64,000 bases of DNA, from the NCBI GenBank assembly GCA_043228905.1, contig JBHGNT010000014.1, positions 11,036,001 to 11,100,000 of the forward strand, read 5' to 3'. Below the pieces are notes generated by a model. It was not told the DNA's origin. It ran no database searches and saw only the letters and a program-made list of their open reading frames with translations. Both the position numbers and the translations under genes were made by a program. Of the stretch, positions 35,801-49,040 are shown piece after piece; the stretch's first letter is position 1, and every line of letters begins with the position of its first letter. Source of the DNA: Azolla caroliniana. Its lineage: Eukaryota > Plantae > Polypodiophyta.

Positions 35801-36832
35801 GAAGAGGAAAAGAACTGATGAAGAAGATGGCACATCAAAGGGTCACAATACGAGGAACGCAGGGAAAGAAGGGCAAGCCCAACCTACGCCACGAAAAGAG
35901 ATAGGAGAAACAAGCATGAAGCCTAGTGGATCAAGCCAACCTTCTTGGATGGAAGTCGATGGATTTATGAAGGAAAAGAACGAGAGGCACCGACTTACAA
36001 GCTAAGGTCGGACATAGAACAAACAACTGTCTTGCGGAAGGTCCTTGAAGAGAAGGTTTCAGACAGTCATGTCAACCTTACTTTGAGAGAACTGCTTGGG
36101 ATCGCTAAGAAGGAGTTCCATGATACTATCGTGGACCTGATTAAGTGGAAGCGGCAACAATCAGATGAAGAGGAGGTGAAAACAAGTGCCATAACCATGG
36201 CAAGATCGGCGCGTGTGTGCGGACGTGCGCGTAGATGTTTCTGCGGTTTGGTTGCGACGCACGGGCTGAACTTTATGGATGATTGTGGATGATGTGGCCA
36301 AATTATACGAACGATCGCATGTAACTAAAAGTAAAGGTCAAGCAACTAAAAAAGGAGGCCATGTAACTAAAAGTAAAGGCGAAGCAACTAAAAATAAATG
36401 CCAAGCAACTAAAAAGGAGGCCATGCAACTAAAAGGGGACGCATGCAAAGGAACATGGGAGGCTATGATCAACAAGGAACTCCGTATATGTTCCACTTTT
36501 TTTCTCTAGTTTTTTTTCCCCATTATCTTCTTCTCTCTCCCATTCGTTGGGGAAGAATAATCTCTCATATTCATATCAAACCACTCTTTAGATGGTAGTG
36601 GGCTCTTTTCTTCCAAGAATAATCTCTCATATTCATATCCAATACATTGTAAAATGATTCTAGAATTATAAAGAATCCATTTTCTTTTGCAATAATTGAA
36701 TATTTTCTTTTACCTACTTGTCTCATGTGTAAATCTTGCTTGTGCTAAGCGTGTGAGCCTTAATTTCTTCCAGTCCATAACCCCGGTGGTTCCGCCTCAC
36801 GATCCACACATAGTGACGAATTTTTCACGACA
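32804..36832 (+). mobile_element. Ty3/gypsy (tRNA-Trp-primed, DUF4100-like gag), deletion derivative: composite 5' LTR region to 34506, gag 34563-~36200, partial 3' LTR ~36205-36832
   Basis: LTR ends ...TTTTTCACGACA at 34506 and 36832. Gag RFGGKNI.DFL, CVWCDSFKHSQREC and LTLRELLGIAKKEFHD is closely similar to the gag of the 53027-60638 element; pol is absent. Confidence 0.85.
34515..34531 (+). other. Primer binding site complementary to the tRNA-Trp 3' end
   Basis: TGGTGAACCCGACGTGA is the reverse complement of ...TCACGTCGGGTTCACCA, the plant cytosolic tRNA-Trp 3' end as recalled. Confidence 0.8.
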
Positions 36833-38360
36833 CCGGATAGTTGAGTATGTTAGCGGCAGAAGGACTGGGGGCTATTATGCCGACACACTATAGCTGGTAA
36901 GCTAGTCGGATATACCGATGCCGATTGGGCTGGTGATGCATCGGATCGCCGATCCGGCTCTGGTTACATGTTTTCTCTGAGTAGCGTGGCTTTTGTGTGG
37001 AGCAACAAAAAGTAGCTAACAGTGGCTCTGTCGAGCACTGAGGCAAAATACCGGGGCACTACCATTGTCATTTGTGAAGCCATCTCGCTTCGGCAACTGC
37101 TGCAAGACCTGCGGATTGAGGTATCAACCCCGATCCTGATCTATTGTGACAATGTGAGCAGCATTCAGCTCGCCAAGAACCCCGTGTTCCATGCTTAGAC
37201 GAAGCACATAGAAGTCCATTATCACTTTGTGTTGAGTGGGTTTTGAGTGGTGAAGTCGAACTTCGGTATGTTCAGACGGATCTGCAAGTTTCCGACATCT
37301 TCACCAAACCGCTCGTATCGGACAAGTTGCAGCACTTCACCGATATGCTTGGTGTACAACATCTCGACATGCCACACTTGAGGGGGAGAACAGGAACGAG
37401 CAAAGGCACTAGTGATGGCACCGGACAAGGAGCTAAAGAGGAAGAAAGAATCAAGGGGGGAGATGAGCAGAAAAAGTTAGCCGAGTTGATGAAGGAAGTC
37501 GGCACATCCGAACAAGTCGGAATGAGCGGCAGTGGCGACAGAGTCAAGAAGGACAGAGCCGAGCGAAAGGAGAAGGCCAAGACCCGGACATGGTCTTATG
37601 TGGTGAAGGGCCTGAGCCGGAAGACGAGTTGGAGAACACCAACTCAGACAAGGATGGGAACGAATCGGAGACAATCGATTCGCTTCAACAATTGGATTTG
37701 GAGAAGCGGGATCAACTAAAGGCAAACCGGACGAGAAGGCCGCGGAAGTCGACACCGACAGGGAGGAATTGATGGATCGACAAGCGCGAGAGTCATAACA
37801 ACAAAAGAGCTAAAATGGGCATGTTGAGCAGACAAGCCAACCAAGGAGGTCAAGGTGCGTAGTACCGGACGGGTCGCGGGAAGCAGAACCGGACAGGACG
37901 AGGAGTGCGAGCAAAGCGGAACAACGCCAGAAGGAGTGGGGTGGAAGGACTGGCTGCCAGAGATAGTGAGATCATGATCTGACCTCAAGTTGAGCTTGAG
38001 GGGGAGTGTTGAGTGAGCAAGCTCAATTGGATCTGGATCGGCTGAATAAGCCAGAGCCGGATATGTATCCGGATACAACCGGCCGGATCGGTGAGACGGA
38101 TTGGAGAGCCAGATTCGAGCGGGAATAAGAAGCCTAGTAGTAACCTAGACTACTAGGTAATCATTTTCTCGTAGTTAGTGTTAATCGCTCGTATGAGCGT
38201 TGAAGTACCTGTTAGTACTTCTATCAGTCCTTTATGAACTTTGTATAAATAGTGTTGTTATAGCAAATTGTATGTACAAAGTGTTTTTATTTTGAATTAA
38301 TGTTTACGTTCTGCTCTCTTTGTCTCTCCCGTGTATTAACTTCATCCTTTTCTTTCTTCC
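36833..38360 (+). mobile_element. Ty1/copia (family B), 3' fragment: RNase H, spacer, PPT, 3' LTR from 38007 (truncated)
   Basis: GYTDADWAG, VALSSTEAKY, CDNVSSIQLAKNPVFH, KHIEVHYHF, DIFTKPL; PPT GAGGGGGAG followed by TGTTGAG. Confidence 0.85.
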
Positions 38361-38617
38361 ATTGTCATTTTAAAAAGTGGATAATGTCATGATATGGCAA
38401 GATTCGAACCCATGACCTTATGCTACATGGGTCAAGCCCTTGCCATTAAACTATACATTGTAATACAAAAGATATTATTTTCATTTAATTTTAGTTCACA
38501 ATTGTCATTTTAAAAAGTGGATAACGTCATGATATGGCAAGATTTGAACCCATGACCTTATGCTACATGGGTCAAGCCCTTGCCATTAAACTATACATTG
38601 TAATACAAAAAATATTA
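38361..38617. repeat. Tandem duplication with 140-bp period covering the flank and the LTR 5' end
   Basis: ATTGTCATTTTAAAAAGTGGATAA.GTCATGATATGG... occurs at 38361 and 38501. Confidence 0.9.
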
Positions 38618-41584
38618 TTTTCATTTATTATTTCACTATAGAAAATTGATGTATATTCCAGATTTCTTTGGAAAATTCTAGAAACTTTAGGAGTACTCCT
38701 AAACACACTATATAAGGAGGCCCAAGGCATTGTTTCAAACCAAATCGGTTCAACGCATGTCTTAAGCCTCCTAGCTATCCTTGTATATTCTTTCTACATA
38801 ATACATCTTTTGTCATCATCATTCTCTCTCTCTATCTCTCTCTCAAGTGTTCTACACCCTCTTTTGCTCTTAGTACTAATCTGTGGAGAATAGCGCGGAA
38901 TATTGCTCGGCCCCAACCGAGTCTTGAATCGCTTCAATGGGAATGGAACACAGAAATGGGAAGTAGAGAGTACACAAAGGAAATGCACAGGATGTTTACG
39001 TGGAAAACCATAAATGGGAAAAAACCACGGCAGTCCACGAACTCCAACTATCATTATAGGACAAAGATATAATCAGAGCCTCGGAGGCAACGACCTCGAT
39101 CTCTGTATCTTCGCCAACCGTCGGTTACAACGGAGTATCGCTCTGTATCTCACTCTCTCTCTCTGTCGCTCTCTCTAGACAACAATATGACAACAACAAC
39201 AACAACATTACAAAGTGATTGCCCTAAGTCATATTTATACTTATATGAACTTAGGGCTATTTACAAATATAGCCTCAATAGGCTTACTCAAAACATATTT
39301 ACAGATATGTCTTCTCTTCCGGTTCTCACCGGGTCTCCTCTGGTTTCCGGATCTCTTCCGGTTCTCATTGGGTCCTCTTTATTCATCACTGGATCCCATC
39401 TGGCGAGACTGATTTCCCAACAATCTCCCCCTTCACTCCGGCATGGGATATCTTGTTAGCCCAATTCGCTTTCGGCACGCGTCCAACTTGTCGGTTGTCA
39501 CGACCTTGGTCAGCATGTCCGACTCGTTCTCCTCCGTGTGGATATTCGTCAACACGAACTCTTGATCTTGTACTCTCTCCCATTTCTAGTGGTACCTCCG
39601 CTGGAAATGTTTCATCTGGAAATAGTAGGCTGCATTCTTTGCAAGGTGGATGGCACTTTGACTGTCGTCGTAGAGCCAATATTCCTCTTGTTGAATTCCT
39701 AGCTCTTTGATTAAGTCCTTCATCCAGATTATCTCCTTACTGGCTTCTACAGCTGCCGTGTACTCTGCCTCCATGGTTGACAACGCAACCGTCTTCTACA
39801 ATATCGATTGCCACGAGACAGCTCCCCCTACATAAGTCATGACATATCCGGATGTCGACCGATTGGTATTCGCATCAGCCGACATATCTGAATCCGTGAA
39901 TCCGTCAAGTTGGGGATTACCTGAGCTGAACCAGAGGCACATACTCGGGGTGCCTTTCAGTTACCAGAGTATCCACTTGACCGCATTCCAATGCTCTCTT
40001 CCCGGATTTCTCATGAACCGGCTCACCACTCTGATTGCATATCTGATATCCAACCAGGTACATACCATTGAGTACATCATGCTCCTGACGGCAGAGGCAT
40101 TAGGTATCTTCATCATATCCGTCTTCTCCGCCTTTGTCCTATGGCATTGTTTTCTGGACAACTTTCAGTTTGCTGGAAGTGACGATCCGACTGGTTTTGC
40201 CTCTGACATGTTGAACCGTTGAAGCACCTCTGTCACGTACTTCTCTAGTGACAACCACACCAGCTTCTTCGACCAGTCCCAAATGATATGCATTCCCAAT
40301 ATCTGTCTTGCCAGACCCAAATCTTTCATTGAGAAGGTCCAGTTCAGAGCCTTCTTTAGCATCCGAATCTTGCCTTGGTCTCATCCGACGACCAACATAT
40401 CATCCACATATACGAAGAGTATCAGGAAATCTCCTCCGTCAAATTTCTTCACAAACAAGCAGTGATCGACTTGCGTTTTGTGGTACCCTTGGTCGGTCAT
40501 GAAGGAGTCGAACTTCCGGTACCATTGCCAGGGGGCTTGCTTCAGTTCGTATAGGCTCTTCTTCAACCGGCACACCAAGTGCTCCTTCCCTTTCTTCTCA
40601 AATCCTTCCGTTTGATGCATGTAGATTTCTTCTTCGAGGTCTCCATGGAGGAATGTCGTCTTGACGTTCAGTTGCTCTACCTCGAGGTCCATGCTTGCCG
40701 CTATGCCCAATACCGTCCGGATGGATGTCATCTTTACTATCGGGGCAAAGATCTCATCGAAATCCATTTCTTTGTTCTGCTAGAAGCCCTACACCACGAT
40801 TCATGCCTTATACCTTGGTGGATTTCCGACATCTCCCGGTTTGAGTTTGTACACCCACTTGTTCCAGAGTGCTCTCTTCCCTTTCGGCAACTCCATTAGT
40901 TCATATGTGTGGTTCTCATGCAGGGAATCCATCTTGTCCTGCATGGCCCTAAACCACTTGTGGTTGTGGGTCTCTCTCTTTGCTTCTTCGAAGCTTTCCG
41001 GCTCCCCCTCATTGGTTAGCAAAACATGCTTTGCAACGGAAATCTCTAGGGCGATCTTCTCTCCCGGAGAGGATATCTCTGTCCCTGGTTTCTAACTACC
41101 GGTTCCTCTGTTTGTTCATCATCCTCATCCGATTCGGGATCTTGTCCGGTCCTAGTGTCTTCTTCTTCTTCTTCGGTCCGTTCGGTTTCTTGTCCATATC
41201 CGGCCGGTTCGTCGAGTGTCATCCAGTTACCGGCTAACATCTGGTTTTCAACCGGGTATATCCTTGTGTCCTCAAGCTAGTTTTCATTGGATGATCCGGA
41301 GTTCATCACCTTCTTCTCCCACTCCCAGTCGACAATGGTCTTGTCTTCCATGAAGACTATGTCTCGACTCCGGAACACCTTCTTGTCGACAAGATCCCAC
41401 ACCCGATAACCAAACTCATCATCGCCGTATCCAAGGAATATGCATGGTCGGGACTTCGGATCCAACTTTGCTCTCTTGTCCTTTGCAACATGCACATATG
41501 TGAGACACCAAACACCTTCAGATTCTGATAAGACACATCCTTACCGGTCCATACTCTTTGTAGTGTGTCTTCCCCAGGGGTATT

Positions 41585-42277
41585 TGTTGGTAGACAGGTC
41601 CCTCCGGATGGTGCAGGCCCGGTATGAACCGGATGAGGAGAATCCGACTTCGGAGAGTCGGATGGTGCAGGCCCGGTATGAACCAGATGAGGAGTACTCG
41701 ACTGCGGAGAGTCGGATGGTGCAGGCCCGGTATGAACCAGATGAGGAGTACTCAACTGCGGAGAGTCGGATGGTGTAGGCCCGGTATGAACCGGATGAGG
41801 AGTACCCGACTGCGGAGAGCCGGATGGAGCCCATCGAGGCTACATTTGTAAATAGCCGAAAAGTCATATTAGTATAAATATGACTTAGGGCAAACTTTTA
41901 GTTTTTTTTTTGTGTGCGTGATCATTATTCTTCCTTGTTGGTGTAAGAAGAAATTAGAGTGCGTAACTGTACAGAGAGACAGAGAGAGAGAGAGAGAGAC
42001 GAGGTCGTTGCCTCTGTTGTAACCGCCGCCTGTGGCGAAGATCTGAGAGCACGAGGTCGTTGCCTCGGTGATCTCACTGTTGTATATTTCTGCTTAGTGA
42101 CAGTTTGCAGCTTGTGGGCTGCCGTGGTTTTTCCCCTAGTTTGGGGTTTTCCACGTATACCTCCTGTGTACCATTTCTCCTCTTTTGTGTCGCGTTTTCA
42201 TTACCTGTTTTTCTGTGTATGAAAATAATCTCGGTTGTGGCCGAGCGTCGGACATAAGGAACGTCGAGTTCTCAACA
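41585..42277 (+). mobile_element. Solo LTR (copia family D), TSD GTATT, with four 54-bp U3 repeats (41605-41820)
   Basis: TGTTGG...CAACA flanked by GTATT on both sides; homologous to the LTR at 60639. Confidence 0.92.
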
Positions 42278-42665
42278 GTATTGAGGGTGATCTGTTTATC
42301 ACACAGGTTGCCGTCATCAATGCCTTAGCCCAAAACGTCTTGGGTAACTTTGCATGTGCCAGCATGCTCCGAACTCTCTCCATCACGGTCCAGTTCATCC
42401 ATTCGACCAGCCCATTTAATTCGGACGTCTTCGGCATAGTAAACTCGAGCCGGATTGCCTTCGACCTGCAGTACTCCTCAAACTGCCCCCATTATTCTCC
42501 TTCGTTATCTGCTCGAACAAGAATGTCGTTAATCGGGTTTCAGTATTCTGGAAGCTAGTGAGGCTCCGGTACTAGGACGGCTCTAGTATGGCGGAGCACA
42601 TGAACGCCTTCCAGGGGCTGATACATCAAGCACCAGATGTATGTCATTGTCTTCATGTGCATCAT

Positions 42666-45600
42666 TGTTATGTACACATAACGTTGGATAGAAGGAATGA
42701 TAGGTACATGCACTACCATGATTTGGGCAACCAATGAATGGAGAGCCTTTTAGAAAGGCACATCTATTCAAGGGGCCTAGGAAAAGGTATAAATATGAGG
42801 CTTGGTTACCCTCATAATCACATTACGTTGGAAGGTTGCTATCTTAGACATCGGTGGTGCGGGCTAGGATCGTTTCGAGGATCGTGTTTATCTCTTCCAA
42901 GGTATTAGTCATCCTAATATCCGGCAGTATGGGACGTCGGTGGTAGGTTGGCTCAAGGGTGGTCGGGTGGAACGGGTTCTTCTATTCATTCTATTTTCCT
43001 TCTTTTACTTTAGTTTGGTCTATTGATTAGTAATAGACTCTTAACAATGGTATCAGAGCTTTTACTAACAATTTTTTTTGTTGTTTTGATGTTTTTTGCG
43101 TGTCAACGATGGGGATCTAACAAGGCTCATCATGCTCTTCACAGGATCAAAACAACATTCTTAACCCAGTATTCTTCTTTCTCGATCTCTCTTTTCTTTT
43201 CTATGATGCTTTCTTCTTGGTCATATGGAAGTGGTATTATGTTTTCTTTTCTTTTCTTTCTTCTTTCTACCATCATACGATGTTAATCTACTTATGCATC
43301 GGGTCGAGCGTGTTTGCACTAATCGCACACGCTCAACTCATGGCCCTTTTGCATATTGCGATGTATATCCCACTCTCCCTTCTCTTGAGCCTTCTCTTAC
43401 GATATTAATTATTGTTGTGCATTGGGTCGAGTGTGTTTGCCCTAATCGCACACACTCACCTCATGACCCTTTTGCATACGATGTTGAGCAGGCCACTCTT
43501 CCCTCTGTTGAGCCATCACTGGGCCGAGTCTATGGGATGTTGTGTCCATGACGAGGTATGTGTCGCTTACCTATGCCACTTTACTCTTTATTCAGCCATC
43601 AATTGGCCGATTCTAGGGAGATGTGGTGGTCTTGAAGAGGTGCATGTTGACTACCTTAGGTTTTCATACCTTAAGGCATGCTTAATGATTCATACACCTA
43701 ATTGATTATTATTCTAATTCATTTCTAATTACATAAATTTTCGTTTCACTTTTGTATGATTTTCTAGTCATTGTCATTTACCTTATTTTATCGTTTTTGT
43801 CATAACATTTCCTTGTTACTCGCAAGACTAAAATATTACTTGCGAGTGCACTTGTTTTTTTCATGTAATACACTTTCTCAACCATATCAATACATGTTGG
43901 GTTGGCATTATAATATAAGGCTAACTAGGAAACTACGTTGATGTTAGAACCATGGTTGAGCCTCGGGGAGCTGCCATGATTATTCAAGATAGAGATCCGA
44001 GAAAGACATCTTAGCTATGTTTTCCCCCATGGTTTTTAAAACACCATAGTGTTACCATAGTGATCGGATCTCGAATCACATCTCATATGTCTAGAGGGGT
44101 AAAGACGTGAGATGCTTTCTTGGTAAAGTTCTTACAATCAAAATTTCAAGCATTCATTTTGATTGTGTATTTTCTGAACCTCCTTATTTATATTGCATAC
44201 CCACAGCTTGCATCATGGAACAAGTTTTGAACGTTGTTGGAGCAATCTCTCCGACCGAGACCTCTCAACTCCAATCCGCATCTCGCACACAAGCTGAGAT
44301 CACTATTGAGCAATTGCTCACTACTACCTTGAATCAATTGGCCAAAATGAGGTAGGCCAATATGGCATTGGAAAAGAAATTCCAAGAATTGACTATTGAG
44401 TCCAAGAAAGAAGGTGATCCTTAGGAGGCCATTAGCCTTGGCTTGGTCGTTGGGAGTCTCACTTTGAGCTCCACCCCAAGCTCGATGTTGTAAAAATTGG
44501 TTAGTCGGTCATGAGTTAGGTGGCTGAGTTGCTGCTTGGTGGTGCGGTCTAAGGACTGCAAAGAACTTACCCACAACTTGGGAAGGTTTCGTTGATGTTT
44601 TTAAGAAAAGATTTTGCAGCCACCTTCTCAAACTGAACAAGCGCAACACTTGCTCACGTTGTCGAGTAATCCATTTACCTCTCTCGAGGATTATGTGCAT
44701 CATGCTCGGACCCAGATCCAAAAATCGGGACTTACGGGTGAGAAATGGTTTGTTGCTTGCTTTTTGAATGGTATTCCTAATGGGGATTACCATTGGATTG
44801 TCCATGACAAGGACCCCACAACTTTTGAGGAAGTCGTCAACATTGTACTTCGGTACCATAGGACTTCCAAGAAAGACCACAATAAACTTGAGTTCGCCAA
44901 AACTCTGAATGTCAAGTTCATTGGGAAACGTAAACAATCCAATGACACTCTTGACTGCGACTCCAAGAAACCTAACCTCTTTTGTGCATATTGCAAGAAA
45001 TGGGGCCACACAAAGGATACCTGTCATCGTGTTGAGAGGAATTCAATGAACACCCCCCCTCCTCATGAAAAATCGACGAGTCACACAGGTGAGTCTTTTG
45101 ATGTTGTTAAAGTTCATACCAACCAAAGTTCATGTGAATGCACTTTTCCTTCACATTTACTTGGACCTAATGATTTACTCTGAGCAGTCGGGTATATCAA
45201 TGGAAGACAAGCACATTTCTTGTTTGATTTCGGTAGTTCTCACAATTTTCTTAATGATCACTTTGTGCAGCAAATGGAACTCCACATAAACGCAAGTGAT
45301 CATATCTATCAAGTTCACATGGCAAATCGAAGTGTTCAATACATCAGTGGCATTGTTTGTCATCTGCCAATTCAAATAAATACCTATTTGGAGAAGCTTG
45401 ACTTTCATGTTATGAAACTACAATCCGCATATGTCATTTTAGGATACCCTTGGTTTTTTAATAAAAACCCTTCTTGGTCCATTGATTGGGTTAATCACTC
45501 AATCACATTTGAACTTAATAATGGTAAACATTTTATTCAATGTTCCAAACTTCCTTCTCGTTCACTTGTGTCTTCTAAATCTTTAAGTGAGTATTTAAGT

Positions 45601-48600
45601 TCATTAATTTATTCGTGTGTAATTAATCCTGCACTTCAATTTTATTATTTAATATTGACGCTACACAATTACCACATTATGAACAACGATTACTCGACTC
45701 TATTTTAGACGATTTTCAAGACGTGTTTCCTAACGAATTGCCACTTACTTTACCACCAAAACGTAATGTGGACCATTAAATTGAACTCATTCCTGGTGTT
45801 GCTCCTGTGAGCATTCCACCTTACCGACTTAGTCGATTAGAAGAGGATGAGATCGCTAAACAACTTAAGGAATACTTGAGTATGGGACACATTAGGTATA
45901 GTAAATCACCTTGGGGTGCGCCAGTTCTATTAGTTAAGGAGAGGGAAGGTTCATGGCGAATGTGTATCAATTATCGCCGTTTGAATAAAATGACAATTAA
46001 AAATGCATATCTGTTACCTCGTGCCGATGATTTGATTGACCGTTTGCATGGGGCTCAATATTTTACGAAAATTGACTTACAGATAGGTTATCATCAGATT
46101 CACATTGCCGAGGATGATATTCCTAAAACCACTTTTCGTACACGTTATGGTCATTATGAGTTTTTAGTCATGCCTTTCGGGTTGACTAATGCTCCAGCCA
46201 CATTCCAACAAGCGATGGATGACGTTTTCCGAGATCAACTCAGTGATTTTTTTTTCGTCTTCTTCAATGATATTTTTATATATAGCCGTACCTTGCAACA
46301 TCATGTTCAATATGTTCGATTTGTTTTGCAAAAGTTGCGTGACAACTCTTTCTATGCAAAACATTCAAAATGTGATTTTTTCCAAAAATCTATTGTGACC
46401 TAGGTCATTTAATTATGGAAAATGGTGTTGAAATTGAACCTTCTCGTATTGAAAAGGTTAAACTTAGGCCCATTCCTCGTAATATTCGTGAATTGTTATC
46501 ATTCTTAGGGTTTGTTGGATTTTTACGAAAATCAATTCATAGCTATTCCAAATTGACTACGCCATTAACTGACCTTTTAAAAGGTCATCCACGTAAGTCT
46601 GTCAAACCAATTGCATGGAATGAACAACTTGACAAATCATTTGAGACACTCAAAGAGCATGTGTGTCTAGCTCCCACTCTTCTATTACCGGACCCTTCTA
46701 AGCCTTTCTCAATCGAAACCGATGCTAGTGATTATGCTATTGGTGTCGTTCTTTATCAAGGCGGTCATCCTATTGCTTTAGAAAGTAAGAAGCTTGATGC
46801 TACTCAATCTCGGTATTCAGTTCAAGAGAAAGAGTTGTTTGTGGTAATACATGCACTTAAAACATGGAGGCACTATCTCTATGGAAATAAATTTGTGGTT
46901 ACAATAGACCATCAATCATTGAAGTATTTTTGTGACCAGCCAGATCTTGTTGGTTGTAAAGGCCATTGGGCTGACCTTATGCAAGAATTTGATTATTCCA
47001 TACGGTATTGCAAGGGTTCTATGAACACTGTTGCAGATGCCCTTAGTCGCATTAAAGAAGTTAACATGCTTAGCTTCACGGAAATAACATCTGATCTTTT
47101 AGATCACCTTCAAGGGAAATACCTTGATGACGGTTATTTTTCAAAATACTGGACGAACGCCGAATCTGGTTTAGATGCCGATACTAGCACCCTACCCTCG
47201 AAGGCGACCTTTCACATTATAAACGATTTGCTCTACCGTAGTGGAAAGGTCTGTGTTCCAGATTTACCAAACGTAAAACAGAAAATTCTTCATGAATGTC
47301 ATGATGCACCATCTACTGGTCATCTTGGAATACAACGCACACTCGTTCTCATCTCAAGTACTTTTTTCTGGCCTAAATGCGCTCTGACGTGGAAAAATAC
47401 GTAACTCAATGCTTACAATGTCAGATTAATAAGTCAGAACGAGTTAAAGCTGCGGGTCTTTTACATCCCTTAGATATTCCGAACAACAAATGGGAAAGTA
47501 TCTCGATGGATTTTATTGTTAGTTTACCTCGTACACAGAGGGGTCATGATGCCATTTGGGTTGTCATTGACAGACTAACAAAATTGGCTAGATTTATTCC
47601 TACCAAAACCACGGTAACTGCTCAACAATTGGCTTATCAATTTGTTGATGAGTTATTTCATTTTTATGGATTACCGATGGATATTGTTAGTGATCGAGAT
47701 TCCAAGTTTACTAGTGACTTTTGGACTCAAGTCTTTAAGAAACTAGAAACTACGTTGAGCATGAGTTCCGCAGATCATCCTTAGTCTAATGGACAAACTG
47801 AACGAGTTAATCAAATTATTGAGGACATGCTTCGAGCTTATGTAGCAAAAACCCCTTCTAAGTGGGAGCAATACCTTTCTATCTTAGAATTTGCCTATAT
47901 TAGCTCTAAACATACATCCATTGGATATTTTATGTTGATGTATGGTTTTCAGCCACGTGCCCCAGTTGATGTCATTATTCATCATTATACATTAGACAGT
48001 ACACATAATTTTTTGCAAGACGAACCAAATGTTGCATATTGCCAAAGAGAATGTCAAGACGGCTCAAGATCGTGCTCAATTTTATGTTGATCAGGATAGA
48101 CGTCCTCGTGCATTTACTATTGGTCAAAAAGCTTTTTTGCGTGTCCCTACTGACTCTATGTCATTATCTACGGGTAAGTGTGCTAAGTTAACCCCACAAT
48201 ATTGTGGCCCATTTGAAATCCTTAAGCGGGTTGGGTCATCTACTTATCACCTTGCCTCACCCTATAACGTTGGTATTCATCCTGTTTTTCACGTTAGTCG
48301 TCTAAAACCATTTTTAGGCTCTGGTGATAACACCATCACAATACAAGATCTTGTAACAATAGAGGATTTTTTCTTACAAACCTCATGTTCATGAACGAAT
48401 TCTTGATTCTCGTACTACATGTTTACGTTCTAAAGAGATTCAGCTATTCAAGATCAAATGGATGGATAAACCTATTGATGATGCCACATGGGAACGCGAG
48501 CATACTCTTAAGGCACAATTTCCTCACTTTATATTGCAAGAGTGCAATCTTTTGAAGTAGGGGAGTATCTTATGTACACATAACGTTGGTGAGGGTAGGT

Positions 48601-49040
48601 CACCAATATTTACATTAGTGAAGGGTATGTTCACTAATGTTAAAAAGGGGACTAATGATTGGATAGAAGGAATGGTAGGTCCATGCACTATCATGATTTG
48701 GACAACCAATGAATGGAGAGCCTTTTAGAAAAGCACACCTATTTAAGGGGCCTAGGAAAAGGTATAAATATGAGGCTTAGCTACCCTCATAATCACATTA
48801 TGTCGGAAGGTTGCTGTCTTAGACACTAGTGCTGCAGGCTTGGCTTTCATTTCAACGATCGTGTTTATCTCTTCCAAGGTATTAGTCATCCTAATATCCG
48901 GTGGTATGGGATGTCAGTGGTAGGTTGGCTATGTCTAGATCATAGCTCGGGGGTGGTCGGGTGGAACGGGTTCTTCTATCCATTCTATTTTCCTTCTTTT
49001 ACTTTAGTTTGGTCTATTGATTAGTAATAGACTCTTAACA
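42666..49040 (+). mobile_element. Full-length degenerate Ty3/gypsy chromovirus (LTRs 42666-43046 and 48568-49040; gag-PR-RT-RH-INT-chromodomain)
   Basis: TSD ATCAT/ATCAC, PBS TGGTATCAGAGC (43048), [80 protein letters not shown]. Several stops and frameshifts. Confidence 0.93.

Noticed and set aside
38395-38460. Functional tRNA gene
   Set aside because: A and B boxes are present but there is no convincing acceptor or anticodon stem, and it is part of an LTR.
41605-41820. CRISPR-like or repeat-protein ORFs in the 54-bp array
   Set aside because: These are pure tandem repeats inside an LTR U3; the open frames follow from a stop-free unit divisible by 3.
46415-47404. Long ORFs (329 aa here; 340 aa at 55039-56061) as functional genes
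   Set aside because: Fragments of gypsy pol bounded by stops and frameshifts; neither element is coding-intact.
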